Of a stretch of DNA of 64,000 nt, positions 54,601-63,780 are shown in pieces (positions within the stretch are counted from its first letter, which is position 1; each line of letters begins with the position of its first letter). The DNA comes from Phycisphaerae bacterium (GTDB lineage Bacteria; Planctomycetota; Phycisphaerae; UBA1845; Fen-1342). The stretch spans positions 352,001-416,000 of the forward strand of contig CAXXTC010000007.1 in assembly GCA_963666925.2 (NCBI GenBank), written 5' to 3'. The position numbers and the translations under genes are program-made. The notes under the pieces were generated by a model. It made no database searches. It saw only the letters and a list, made by a program, of their open reading frames with translations, and was not told where the DNA came from.

Positions 54601-54812
54601 CGGCCAATCCGTTCGACGAACTCGTCGCCGGCTATTTGCTGGAAACCCCGCAGCCGGGTGATGTGCAGCGGCTGCTTGCGGAGCGCGGCGTCGGTGGCCG
54701 GATTGTTGGTCAGGTCTGCGACGATGACCAATTCGTCGCCGGCAGCGGCTCGATCAGCGTGCGCGAGCTGCACTCTATCTGGGAGGGTCACACCCCGGCA
54801 CAGCGCGTGTGA
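51666..54812 (+). CDS. purL: Phosphoribosylformylglycinamidine synthase PurL (PurS-like N-terminus)
   Basis: WSEHCVHK, KVETHNHPSAIEP, GRDGIHGATFSS, DCGAGGLSS, SEAQERM, QYDHEVQG, HDVSDGG. Confidence 0.96.
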   Translation: MSVYRIEVLPRAGRSTELAGAGLVDLFREAGLDAVERVCAARLFFLEGDLSRDQAEHVARELLADPVTEEARVRGVGDPLDESADVSFEVHPRPGVMDPVAESTYAELIDENIPVAGVRTARRFVVIGGAPPEAVLAAAGRVLANDCIELLVPGTTGVQPGPRPPLTPFEPRSVPLCDLDDAGLQALARRAHLFLSLAEMQAIQAHYVARGREPTDVELETLAQTWSEHCVHKTLRSPIRYRGTPLPVGAAQSSVDAVEERHYDNLLKDTIVRATETLIAEKRGPNCLSVFKDNAGVIAFDDDLAIAFKVETHNHPSAIEPYGGAATGIGGVIRDIIGCGLGAKPIANTDVFCVGPQDWPVDQLPTGVLHPRRVLRGIVGGVSDYGNRMGIPTVNGAVIYDPRYLGNPLVYCGSVGCLPRDLVEKQTRPGDLIVLIGGRTGRDGIHGATFSSAELTDTHADEFSHAVQIGNAITEKRFLDAVLQARDAEGGCLYSAITDCGAGGLSSAVGEMGEHTGAVVDLDTVPLKYAGLRYDEIWISEAQERMVVAVPPDNLGRFNAIMQREEVESTVIGTFGPTPSAHEPGGAGVSLAEPGVRASNKSAETVDPPRYRVGGRASESPAHEPSGAGVSPAEPLLLLRFNGQIVGELDMRFLHRGVPLGERVAEWHAPATPKLPASVPTGAADMLGRLRVELGRPNVASKSWIIRQYDHEVQGGSVIKPLLGPGPGPGDAAVIRPRFDSDCGLAVGCGLAAHLADQDPYWMAAAAIDEALRNVICVGGDPLQTAILDNFCWGRSDDPQQLGALVRACQACHDLARAAGVPFISGKDSLNNEFALGAADVEPLIATLYTLADRGTDSDTLRWRTLLPAVAERIRTTRRLAIPPTLLISAISIVPTVQRCLSSDLKQPGSSVLLVGGYEPVGFDFAATQQTHAAVAELIAQGLVRAAHDVSDGGWLVALAEMALAGQRGVTLAPFDELPANPFDELVAGYLLETPQPGDVQRLLAERGVGGRIVGQVCDDDQFVAGSGSISVRELHSIWEGHTPAQRV
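53405..53569 (+). repeat. REP-like family D element inserted in frame within purL
   Basis: 42-bp direct repeats (53405-53446, 53528-53569; offset 123 bp) containing gtggggcgggcgtctcgcccgcc, plus an inverted arm at 53466-53490. Confidence 0.8.
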
Positions 54813-54820
54813 ACCTCGAA

Positions 54821-55088
54821 GTGGGTCGGCCGTCTCGGCCGACCTTGCTGACGGCACTCAGGTTGGGCTTGGCGGGCGAGACGCCCGCCCCACTCGGTTG
54901 GTGCGGGCAGGTTTGCCAAAAGCGGAATCGCCCGTGCAGACTACGAGATCACACGCTATTAGCCTGTGCCACACATGCTCCCACCCACAAGGCTGTTAGC
55001 CTGTGCCATACTGTGTTGGATGCCCCATTCCGCTCAGCAGCACGGGGCCGGGGGATGGACGAACTGGCGGGCGAGACGCCCGCCCCAC
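54821..55088. repeat. Intergenic repeat cluster: family D doublet (54821-54894), B-like pair (about 54955-55010), family D (55066-55088)
   Basis: gtgggtcggccgtctcggccgac...ggcgggcgagacgcccgccccac; gct(a/g)ttagcctgtgcca twice. Confidence 0.8.
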
Positions 55089-55089
55089 C

Positions 55090-56226
55090 CTACCAGCCTG
55101 CCAGGCCGAGGGTCCACTCCAGCAGATCTTCGGCCGGCTGATACCCGAATGGAAAGACTGACTCCGCCAGCGTCGTCAGCTTGAATTCCTGTTCCCTGAG
55201 CATGGCATCGTTGTAGCAGGTTGAGTCCATCAGGCTGCTACAGTCGTGCGTATGCACCAGGCCCAGCAGGTGTCCAACTTCGTGAGCGACCGTATTACTG
55301 AGCGCCAGGGCCATCTCGTTGAACGTCGGCGTGCTGCGAAACGCTCCCTGATAGCTCTCCGTATACACGATCGCGTTGTCAGATTTGTCTGAGTTGTACG
55401 AGTCGATTTGCTGCGAGATGGCGAACGCCTGCTGGCTGTACCCGCCGAAGTACACGGTCGTGTGCTCAACGGTCGGTACCGCGTGGTCGTCCGAGTTCAG
55501 CAGCGTGAAGTCGTAGTTGATGTAGAGGTCCGCGACGATTTCCTGGACGCGGTCCTTCAGCGCTTCCGTCTGATTGTCCGACAGACCCACGTCCGCGGCG
55601 CTGAACTCGTCCAGGTCATAGACGCCGACGTTTTCGATGACGATGTTCTGGCCGCCGTTCCAATCCAGGAAGACGATCTGCCCGGTTGGGTTTGGCGCGC
55701 CGACGCTGCGCTCGATCTGCACGGTCGCTTCATACCCCCCGGTGGTCGTGGTGCTTGGGTAGGCGATGATCGCTAGGTAGTACGTTCCCGTGTCGCCGCA
55801 GATGACGAAGTCGATCAGCGGGTTCAGGTTTGATGAGTCCGCCTCGCGGTCGTCGTTGAACGCGACCAACTGCTCCTGGTCGTCAAAGACTGCCGCGACC
55901 GGATCCAGGCTGCCGCTGCTGCGCTGGACATCGACATAGACGCCGTCGCCCGCCGACAGCGTCCCCAGCGAGTACACGTCGACGTCCGCGCTGCTGAGGA
56001 TGCTTCCAGTGAAGGAGAGTGATTCGGAGTCGTCGTAGTTCAGCGGCGTGGCCGTGTCCAACGAGCCGTTGTCGCCCGTGTCGAGATTGGGCACGTCGCC
56101 GTCAGAGTCTGGCGTAGTGCCGAATGGGCATCCGCAACACACCAACAAAAGGAGCGGCGTCAGAACGCTCAATGCGCTCCGCCGCCGCCCACACGCGCCT
56201 CCGGTATACCTTGTCAGCATGCTCAC
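55090..56226 (-). CDS. Lipoprotein zinc metalloprotease (metzincin/matrixin-like, PPC-like domain)
   Basis: Lipobox-like CCGC, DVDVY PPC-like region, HEVGHLLGLVH followed by Met-turn LM. Confidence 0.85.
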   Translation of the reverse strand: MSMLTRYTGGACGRRRSALSVLTPLLLLVCCGCPFGTTPDSDGDVPNLDTGDNGSLDTATPLNYDDSESLSFTGSILSSADVDVYSLGTLSAGDGVYVDVQRSSGSLDPVAAVFDDQEQLVAFNDDREADSSNLNPLIDFVICGDTGTYYLAIIAYPSTTTTGGYEATVQIERSVGAPNPTGQIVFLDWNGGQNIVIENVGVYDLDEFSAADVGLSDNQTEALKDRVQEIVADLYINYDFTLLNSDDHAVPTVEHTTVYFGGYSQQAFAISQQIDSYNSDKSDNAIVYTESYQGAFRSTPTFNEMALALSNTVAHEVGHLLGLVHTHDCSSLMDSTCYNDAMLREQEFKLTTLAESVFPFGYQPAEDLLEWTLGLAGW

Positions 56227-57455
56227 TCATCCAGGTGCAGGCACGTGCCGCAACGGCTGGGCATCTCGTCGCGAACCAGTGCCCGCAGGGCTGCCTTCCG
56301 TATGGCCTTCTCCTGTGAGATGGCCTTGGCGGTTTCGGACTTGCCACTGCCACGACCGAGCGTCTCCAACAGACGCGCCGGCGAATTCTCATACCCGACC
56401 GGGAAGACCGATTGCTCCAGCGCCCCCCGCGTGAAGCTCTGATTCTCCGCCAGGTCCCAGGCGGTGCCGGTCGTATCCATGACGTCTTCCGGCACCTTGG
56501 TGTGGAACAACCCGAGCAGGTGTCCCAACTCGTGGCTGGCCACGTTGCCGATCATCTGTCCCATTTCATCAGTCGGCAAGTCCATCACCGAAAAGTCGGC
56601 GAAGGACCCAATGTAAATGATAGCGCATTCCCACCTGTCTTCGTTGTACTGATCCACGCTGTCGGCCAGCCCGAGCAGTCGGCTGTCGTCCCCGCCGAAG
56701 TGCAGTGTTGCGTACGGCTCATCCGTAGGCGGGGGCCCCTCGTCGGAGGTCATGATCACCAGGTTGTAGTCCGCGTAATCCTCTTCCATGGCCTCGATGA
56801 TGGCGGCTTTCATGGCGGCGGTATCGCCGGCGTAAAGTGCCCCTACGTCGCCCGAGTCGAAGGCCGGAAAGTTGATCCCGTCCCGACTGTGCACCTGCAC
56901 GTCGGAGCCCCCGTCGAAGTTCAGATAGACCACCTGGCGGCGTGCCGGGGGGATACTGACGTCCGCAGTCCGGGAGACCTGGAACGAGAAATCCCCGCCG
57001 CTGCGTCCATAGGCGGCGGTCACACCTAGGTACAGCACCTCACTGTCGTTGCGCATGATATGCGCGAGCGGGCTGCGGGCGTTGACGATCTGGCGATGAA
57101 TCAGGTCATGATTCTCATCCATCAATACGACGAGGTATGAGGAGAAAACGGACATGTCAGCCGCGGTCGAAATGGACCACTCGTCGCCGGCATAGGCTCG
57201 CCCGACCTCGAACAGCCGGTAGTCGTAGTCGTCGCCGACCGATCCGCTGGCCACGGACGAACCGCTGGTGGTACCGCTTGAGGTTGGATCGGTGGAGACG
57301 GAGGCGGTGCTGGTGTCGTCCAGGAGGTTGTCGCCGATGCCGACGATCGCGTCGATGGTGTCGCCGGCGGTCGATTCGGCGGTTTGCGGGCCGCAGCCGA
57401 GGGGGGAGAGCAGGATGATCAATGTGAGGGAGGCTGTGAAGAGTACGTGCCGCAT
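56223..57455 (-). CDS. Lipoprotein zinc metalloprotease, paralogue of the downstream gene
   Basis: Lipobox PLGC, QVVYLNFDGG, HELGHLLGLFH followed by VM; ATGA overlap. Confidence 0.85.
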   Translation of the reverse strand: MRHVLFTASLTLIILLSPLGCGPQTAESTAGDTIDAIVGIGDNLLDDTSTASVSTDPTSSGTTSGSSVASGSVGDDYDYRLFEVGRAYAGDEWSISTAADMSVFSSYLVVLMDENHDLIHRQIVNARSPLAHIMRNDSEVLYLGVTAAYGRSGGDFSFQVSRTADVSIPPARRQVVYLNFDGGSDVQVHSRDGINFPAFDSGDVGALYAGDTAAMKAAIIEAMEEDYADYNLVIMTSDEGPPPTDEPYATLHFGGDDSRLLGLADSVDQYNEDRWECAIIYIGSFADFSVMDLPTDEMGQMIGNVASHELGHLLGLFHTKVPEDVMDTTGTAWDLAENQSFTRGALEQSVFPVGYENSPARLLETLGRGSGKSETAKAISQEKAIRKAALRALVRDEMPSRCGTCLHLDE

Positions 57456-57900
57456 GTCGGGGCTCCCATAATCAGGGCTCGCCTCGTGCGGCGACGTGGA
57501 AGTTGTCTTGCGCCAGCGGGACCCCGTGCCCGAGCCCAGGGCGCACGCCACACCGTGCCGGTGTGTCAACGCCAGCTCAGGCCTCGGTGAGTACCGGAAG
57601 CGCCACCGAAGGCTGAGGGAATGATTCCAATTGATTTGCCCGGACGTGAATCTGGGGGAGGTGAAAATTGGGGAAATAGGTGTTTCGGCTTGAGTCGACC
57701 TATATCGTGTGCGCCATTTTGCGCCCGGGTTAGCGGAGGTTCCGGTAAATGGCGGATCGGTGGCCAGTTGAGTGGGGATCGCGGCGCAGTCTCAACGCCG
57801 GCCGGTTAATCACCAGGCCGGATTGATCGACCCGGCGCCAACTTCCGATGAGACCTGCGTAGCAGGCGTATCAAACGCCCGAAAGCATCGAGGTTTTACG

Positions 57901-58296
57901 ATGGATGCTGAAGAAATCGTCAAACTGACGCCCGAGTCCATCCAGGAGTTGATCGACTCCCAGCGGGTCGACGTCATCTCCAAGCAGGGTGCTGGTCAGC
58001 GCCGCGAGGACCGCTGGCCGTTCCCGGGTACCGTCGAGGTATGGCTGCCCGAGAGTTGCTACGGCGAGCGTCACGTGCTTGCCACTTTGCACAACCTGAG
58101 CCTCCACGGCCTGGCGATGCGTGCGCGCCGCCCGTTGCCGATCGATACCAAGATCTCGCTGGCTATTCACCAGCCCAGTCGCAGTTGCTATGGCCATGCC
58201 GTGGTTCGGCACTGCACCCAGACCCATGTGGGTTATCTGGTGGGCGTCGAATTCTCCTACTTCGGTACGGAGGACGAGGAGCCCGATGGCGACTGA
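57901..58296 (+). CDS. PilZ domain protein
   Basis: RREDR (RxxxR), NLSLHG (NxSxxG), VGVEF; GAGG RBS. Confidence 0.85.
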   Translation: MDAEEIVKLTPESIQELIDSQRVDVISKQGAGQRREDRWPFPGTVEVWLPESCYGERHVLATLHNLSLHGLAMRARRPLPIDTKISLAIHQPSRSCYGHAVVRHCTQTHVGYLVGVEFSYFGTEDEEPDGD

Positions 58297-58409
58297 CAGG
58301 TCGCTCGCTCTCTAGGTGACGCGTTCGGCCGGAGCATGGCTCTCCGGCCGGCGCTTTTGCGCCGTGGGTCACCTTCTGCCAACCACGCTTCCCCTCTACA
58401 ATCCTTCCC

Positions 58410-59651
58410 ATGGCAGAAACCTTCAACGAGCACACGCTCCCAAACGGACTACGCGTCGTCTGCGCCAGTATGCCCGGGCTGCGGTCCGCAGCCGCTGCTT
58501 TCCTGGCCCGCACCGGTTCCCGGCACGAGACCCCGCCCGAACATGGCGTCTCGCACTTCCTCGAACACATGTGCTTCAAGGGCACGCCCACCCGTTCCTG
58601 CCACGAGCTCAACGTCCGCTTCGACGAGCTCGGCAGCATCTACAACGCCTATACCGGCAAGGAGCACACGGTCTACTACGGCTGGCTGCCGGCCGCCCGC
58701 ATCGACGCCCAGATCGAACTCCTGGCTGACATGATGCGCCCGGCGCTGCCGCCCGCCGATTTCGAGACCGAACGCCACGTTATCCTCGAAGAAATCGCCA
58801 TGAGCGATGACAACTTCGACCGGCACGTGTGGAACTTCATGCACAACGTGGTCCTCGGTGGGCACCCGCTGGCGCACGAGATCCTCGGCGAGAAGGAAAC
58901 CATCCAGCAACTGCCACACGATACGCTCGTGAAGTATCACCGGCGGCGCTATGCCCCCGACAACCTCACGCTCATCGTCACCGGCGCGATCGACTCGCAG
59001 GAGGCGTTCGCCAGTGCTGGCCGCTATTGCGGCGAGTGGCAGCGTCCAGCCAACGGCACCGCGCCGCCAACGGCGCCATTCCCCGATCTGCCGACGGGCG
59101 TGCACAAGCTGAAGCTCGACCGTTTTAAGCAGCAGTCGCTGGTCGTGGTCTACCCGTGCATTCCGCATGGACACGAGGACGAAGAGGTGCTCGAAGCCTT
59201 TACGTCGCTGTTTGGCGGCAGCAACTCGCGCTGTTATTGGAACATCGTGCAGCGCGGCATCTGTACCGAGGCCGGCGCCGCATGGATCGCCTACGGCGAT
59301 TGCGGCTACCTGGCGTTGTATGCCGACGGCGAGCCCGAACGCTGCGAAGAGATGCTGGACGCACTGCGCGAACAGGCCCGAGTCGTCATGCGTGATGGCT
59401 TTACGGCTGACGAGGTGCAGCGTGTGACCAATCGTCGCCGGACGCATTTCGCCCTGGAGTCCGAAAATCCGCGCACCCGCCTGATGCAGATCGTGGATGA
59501 TATCGAGACCTGCGGGTATCCGCGGACGGCCGATGATCGGATGGCGCGGGTCGAGGCGGTGAATCGGCGTCGGCTGGCGGAGTTGCTGGAACGCTACCCG
59601 ATCGACGGCGAGGGGTTGGTGCTGTCGTGCGGCCCGCGCGACTGGCCCTGA
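58410..59651 (+). CDS. M16 family (pitrilysin-like) peptidase
   Basis: TLPNGLRV, GSRHE, HFLEHMCFKGT, NAYT. Confidence 0.93.
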   Translation: MAETFNEHTLPNGLRVVCASMPGLRSAAAAFLARTGSRHETPPEHGVSHFLEHMCFKGTPTRSCHELNVRFDELGSIYNAYTGKEHTVYYGWLPAARIDAQIELLADMMRPALPPADFETERHVILEEIAMSDDNFDRHVWNFMHNVVLGGHPLAHEILGEKETIQQLPHDTLVKYHRRRYAPDNLTLIVTGAIDSQEAFASAGRYCGEWQRPANGTAPPTAPFPDLPTGVHKLKLDRFKQQSLVVVYPCIPHGHEDEEVLEAFTSLFGGSNSRCYWNIVQRGICTEAGAAWIAYGDCGYLALYADGEPERCEEMLDALREQARVVMRDGFTADEVQRVTNRRRTHFALESENPRTRLMQIVDDIETCGYPRTADDRMARVEAVNRRRLAELLERYPIDGEGLVLSCGPRDWP

Positions 59652-59934
59652 AAAACCTTTATGCAGTCTGGTTGTCGAAACGCCCCGTAATCGGTGCTGA
59701 ATCCGCTCACTCGTGGCTGGCCAAGTACTGTCACACGCAGCAATTGCCCATTATCACTTACTTGGGTACCCGATGGCGGGTTTCGAAAAACGATGCCCGA
59801 CCTACGTCCTCTATTTATGATTTGTTGACGGAAACAGGGGCATAAATTTCTCGCGGAACCGCGCACGGGCGAAGAAATTACCCGCGCGTTTCTCGTTTTC
59901 CTAACATTCCGCAACTTTAAACGTATACTCAATT

Positions 59935-60005
59935 ATGTCCGAGCGGCGCGCGTTGAGAACTGGTTTCCCCCCGGCCTGTCTCAACCCCCGCTCGGACATT
60001 TTTTT
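59935..60005 (+). terminator. Long hairpin with U-tract (terminator or small RNA)
   Basis: atgtccgagcgg..gttgaga...tctcaac..ccgctcggacat followed by a T-run. Confidence 0.6.
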
Positions 60006-60027
60006 GCGCCGCGCCCGCGGCTCGTTT

Positions 60028-60567
60028 TCAGGAGTCCGCCGGGTAGTGATTGAATCCCGTCCGAGCTTCGACGGGTAGCTTCTCCTTTTGCGGCCAGCGC
60101 TCGGCCGGCACGCCCACCGGAAGCAGCACGCGGATGACCTTTGTCGGCGGGACGCCCAGGAGGGCACCGATCTGTTCGGCTCGGTTCTGCACGCGCAGCC
60201 AGCCGTCGATCCACACGCTGGCGTAGCCCATAGCCGTGATTGCCAGCAGCATGTTCTCCACGGCGGCCGCACAATCCTCGATCTGGAAGCTGTGGCCTTC
60301 GTAGACGGCTTGGGGCTGTCGGTCGATGATGCAGGCGATGAAGGCGCGGGCTTGTTGTACGGCGATGTTGCTGGTGTGCATCTGCCCGATTTGGCGGACC
60401 AGTTCCAGGTCGTCGACGATCGCGAAGCGGGTGGTCTGGAAGTTTTTTCCCGATGGTGCCTGGATGCCGGCCGTGACGATCTTTCGCAGATCTTCCCGCG
60501 GCACGTCCTGATCGGTGTAGGGCCCGCGATAGCTATGCCGAGCGGCCAGTGCTTCAAACAGATCCAT
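60028..60567 (-). CDS. Nitroreductase family protein
   Basis: RHSYRG, APSGKNFQ, AAVENMLLAITAMGYASVW; AGGAGG RBS. Confidence 0.93.
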   Translation of the reverse strand: MDLFEALAARHSYRGPYTDQDVPREDLRKIVTAGIQAPSGKNFQTTRFAIVDDLELVRQIGQMHTSNIAVQQARAFIACIIDRQPQAVYEGHSFQIEDCAAAVENMLLAITAMGYASVWIDGWLRVQNRAEQIGALLGVPPTKVIRVLLPVGVPAERWPQKEKLPVEARTGFNHYPADS

Positions 60568-60633
60568 GATTAACCTCCTGGCGACGAAGCCAATCGCATG
60601 GTAGGCGTTTGCCCAAGGGTTTGCGTGGTTCGG

Positions 60634-61275
60634 CTACTGGCGAGCGCGTTTCTCCAATTCCCGGCACAGTCTGTTGAAGGATGCCGACCGGTTTCTGCAC
60701 AGCCTGAGGTCCATCTTCGCGCTCAGTGCCGGCTGATCGGCCGTTTCACTGTACCGCCTTTTTCGAAAGTGCTCTTTGATCCACTTCTTGCCGCAGTGTT
60801 GCTTCTCCGGGTCTGCGGGGGGAGGCGTATCGCTTGAAACCAGCAGATCGTCCTCCAGAGAATCAGCCGCCGCCACGAACCAGGTTTCGAATTCGACCTT
60901 TGGCAACACGACCACCACATCCATGCCGGGGACGATGTTGCGCGCGGTCTCAAGAATCGCCGGTCCCAACTCTGCTGGGCAGTCGCTGTTGGCGTCCAGC
61001 ATGATCAGTATGAAGGTGGCACATGACCGTTCGCTAGCTTGAAGCAGCTTGTTCTGGGCCAACTGAAGGGCACGCCGCAGTTCGTGTTCGTTTGGCGCGT
61101 TTTTGCCAGTGTTTCGGTTTGAAACCAGGAGCTTTGAACGCGGTTGCCGCACGGGCTGGAGCACGTCGATGAACTCGCCGGCCGCGAGTTCATACCAGAT
61201 GCGCTCCAGTACAATCCGTACCGATTGCACTTCGCCGTGCCCTTCGACGATTGGGGCAACACGCAGTCGGCTCAC
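60634..61275 (-). CDS. DUF4276-like TOPRIM-fold protein
   Basis: IVEGHGE, MLDANSDCP, EFETWF, YSETADQ, SASF..L; overlaps the ATPase stop. Confidence 0.75.
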   Translation of the reverse strand: MSRLRVAPIVEGHGEVQSVRIVLERIWYELAAGEFIDVLQPVRQPRSKLLVSNRNTGKNAPNEHELRRALQLAQNKLLQASERSCATFILIMLDANSDCPAELGPAILETARNIVPGMDVVVVLPKVEFETWFVAAADSLEDDLLVSSDTPPPADPEKQHCGKKWIKEHFRKRRYSETADQPALSAKMDLRLCRNRSASFNRLCRELEKRARQ

Positions 61276-62522
61276 TCGTTGCCCTCATCGTCAAAGAGTC
61301 GCCACTGCTTCTGTTTTTGGATGTCTTTTGCGTCGGGCTCCAACTGGTACATCCTGAGCAACTCGCCGGCGGTGTAGAGATGGCTCTGGATGGCCTTGCG
61401 AGAAGCTTCGTCGATGGGGGCGATTGACGTTGTACCTTCGCGTGAGACCGCGGCCAGGAGGCGATCCGGCGGCAGTTCAAGCTGCTCCAGCAGGTCCGGG
61501 CTGTGGGTGGTTACGAGCACCTGCGTATGCTCGGCCGCCTCGCGTAGCGCGTCCACCAGTGCGCCGGCCGCGGCCGGGTGCAGCGCGGCCTCGGGCTCCT
61601 CAATGCCCACAAGCATGACGGGAGCCGCTCGGCGGATGAGCTGCGTCGCCGCCACCAGGGCTCCGAGCGTGCGCAGCGTGCCGTCCGACATGCTGGCCGC
61701 GTAGAACCTCCACGGGTGCTTGGCGCCCCGGACCTCCTGGCGGAATTCGAGCGTCTCGCGCGGCCCCAGCGGTACGCGTGCGACGCCTTTGATGTCCTGC
61801 ACGATGGTCTTCAGGTATTGCTTGACGCGCTCGAACAAGTCGGGCGAATCTTCTTCGAGGCGTGCAATCACGCTGGCGATGTTGCTGCCGTCACGACGCA
61901 GCAGCTCACCAGCATCGGCGCTCTGGGGTTCCTTCATTGCTGCTGGATTGAGGTTGTAGAACCCCATCGACATGATGGCTTCGTAGACTGGGCGGAATTC
62001 CGGCAGGCTCGCGGCGGACACCAAGTAGAGTCGATCTGCTGCGGCCGGCGGAACCTGCTTGGGTTGGGAGTCGACGACAACTCCGTCCCTTACGTCATAC
62101 CAGGCCGGCATGCGGCCGGATGGCCCGTAGATTCGCAATCGCTCCTGCTTGACGCCGTAGGCCCCCTGGCCCCGCGCCGCGATCTCGAATCCGTACACGG
62201 CCCTGCGGAATTCCGGGAGTTCCAGCTCCATGTTGATGGCGAAGTTCCGCGGGTGTCCGGTGCTGAGCCGGCGCACGGCCTCCACACCGCCACGCGCCCT
62301 GATCGCATGGTCGAGCGATGATTGCAGCCCGTCAGCCACGAATGCCAGGGCATCCAGGAAATTGCTCTTGCCAGCGCCGTTTCGGCCGACGACCACGGTG
62401 AGGCCGCCGAGCTCCACGCGGCATTTGCCGATGCTCTTGTAGTTGCGGATAGCGACGCTCAGCAGCTTTGATCGCTGTTCGACGGGGGTTTGGTTTCGGG
62501 ATGCGGGTGATGCCTCGGTCAT
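61272..62522 (-). CDS. ABC/AAA_21-type ATPase
   Basis: IRNYKSI, GRNGAGKSN, MSDGTLR, IEEPEAALHP, TTHSP. Confidence 0.88.
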   Translation of the reverse strand: MTEASPASRNQTPVEQRSKLLSVAIRNYKSIGKCRVELGGLTVVVGRNGAGKSNFLDALAFVADGLQSSLDHAIRARGGVEAVRRLSTGHPRNFAINMELELPEFRRAVYGFEIAARGQGAYGVKQERLRIYGPSGRMPAWYDVRDGVVVDSQPKQVPPAAADRLYLVSAASLPEFRPVYEAIMSMGFYNLNPAAMKEPQSADAGELLRRDGSNIASVIARLEEDSPDLFERVKQYLKTIVQDIKGVARVPLGPRETLEFRQEVRGAKHPWRFYAASMSDGTLRTLGALVAATQLIRRAAPVMLVGIEEPEAALHPAAAGALVDALREAAEHTQVLVTTHSPDLLEQLELPPDRLLAAVSREGTTSIAPIDEASRKAIQSHLYTAGELLRMYQLEPDAKDIQKQKQWRLFDDEGNE

Positions 62523-62617
62523 CGTCGCCCATTATAGGCGGGATTCATGTCCCTGAAAGAGCCACTTGGAAATGCGGCACGCGATTGTGGAACACGTCCC
62601 GCAAGACCGCTCTACGT

Positions 62618-63166
62618 TTACGCCTGGGCCGGAGCGGGTGCGGGTTGTGGGCGGCGTTTGCTGAATAGTTGCGACAGGCATAGTAGCCGGGAGCGTGTGA
62701 ACAGCGGTATCAGCACGGCAAGCTGCATGGCTGTGTTTTCGAGCATCTTTGAACAGATGTACACCTCGCCCGTGCCGCAGCCACAATCGAATCGCACGTC
62801 GCAGAACGATGTGATGCCGGCGGCCGGGTCGGTGTAGATGCTCCAGGCCCGGATGAGCAGCACCGGCGCGAAGAACATCAGCATGCCGAAGATCATTGCC
62901 GCCGCCCCGCGCATGAACACGCCCAGGATCAGTGCCGTCGCGGTGAGGATTTCCAGCCAGGGCACGACGGCCGCGATGATGTTCAGGAACTGCGGCGGGT
63001 GCTCGGGGAAGATCTGATACTCGCGCGTGAGCTTGAGGAACTCGAATGGGTCGACGATCTTGTTGTATGCCAGGTAGGCGAACATGCCGCCGACGAATAG
63101 CCGCGCCAATAGCTGCGGCACGCCGGTACCATCAACCGCTTTCACCATCTGTACGAATCGCGGCAC
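62618..63166 (-). CDS. MauE/DoxX family membrane protein
   Basis: KIVDP..F, PWLE, DCGCG; TM segments. Confidence 0.8.
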   Translation of the reverse strand: MPRFVQMVKAVDGTGVPQLLARLFVGGMFAYLAYNKIVDPFEFLKLTREYQIFPEHPPQFLNIIAAVVPWLEILTATALILGVFMRGAAAMIFGMLMFFAPVLLIRAWSIYTDPAAGITSFCDVRFDCGCGTGEVYICSKMLENTAMQLAVLIPLFTRSRLLCLSQLFSKRRPQPAPAPAQA

Positions 63167-63171
63167 GCCGA

Positions 63172-63780
63172 TTACTCCTCTTCGCCGGTTTCGACCGGCA
63201 GCTCACTGTCTTCCCACGCATCCCAACCGGCCTTGAAGAGATAGATGTTCTCCCAGGGCACGCCGACGTTGATCAACTCGCCGCAAGTGAGCAGGCTGTC
63301 TTCGCAGTCTCCACCCTGGCAGTAGACCACCACCTTCTCTGCGCCGGCCGTCTTCGAGACGACCAGGTCGATGTCTTCCTGAATGCGATAGAAATCGCAC
63401 TGTACAGCGCCGGGAATGTGTCCCGACTCGTAGGGCCCGTCGGCCCGGGCATCGACGAACACGTACACCCCGTAACCAAACTTCGGGTCTTCCCAGATCT
63501 CCTTGACCTGCTCGAGGTCAACCGACTGAAAACGGGGCTCGTCCTCGGCCACGCCGGCTTCGGTCGGCTCGTTGGGTTCGGCCGGGTTTGCTGCGGAGAT
63601 CGCTTCCCCATTCGCGGTCGACTGCGTCGTGGTTGTGTGGGTGATCCGGATCTCGGGTTTGTAATCACGGTTCAGGTCGATCGAGTCGCGACCGCGAATC
63701 GCGTTCATCCCGAATCCGAGGGCAACGCCCGCCGCCAGCAGAATGGCGGTCTCGATGCATGTTGTCTTCAGCCAGTTCAT
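63172..63780 (-). CDS. Rhodanese-like domain protein
   Basis: FVDAR...YESGHIPGA, VVYCQGGDC, GWDAW. Confidence 0.9.
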   Translation of the reverse strand: MNWLKTTCIETAILLAAGVALGFGMNAIRGRDSIDLNRDYKPEIRITHTTTTQSTANGEAISAANPAEPNEPTEAGVAEDEPRFQSVDLEQVKEIWEDPKFGYGVYVFVDARADGPYESGHIPGAVQCDFYRIQEDIDLVVSKTAGAEKVVVYCQGGDCEDSLLTCGELINVGVPWENIYLFKAGWDAWEDSELPVETGEEE

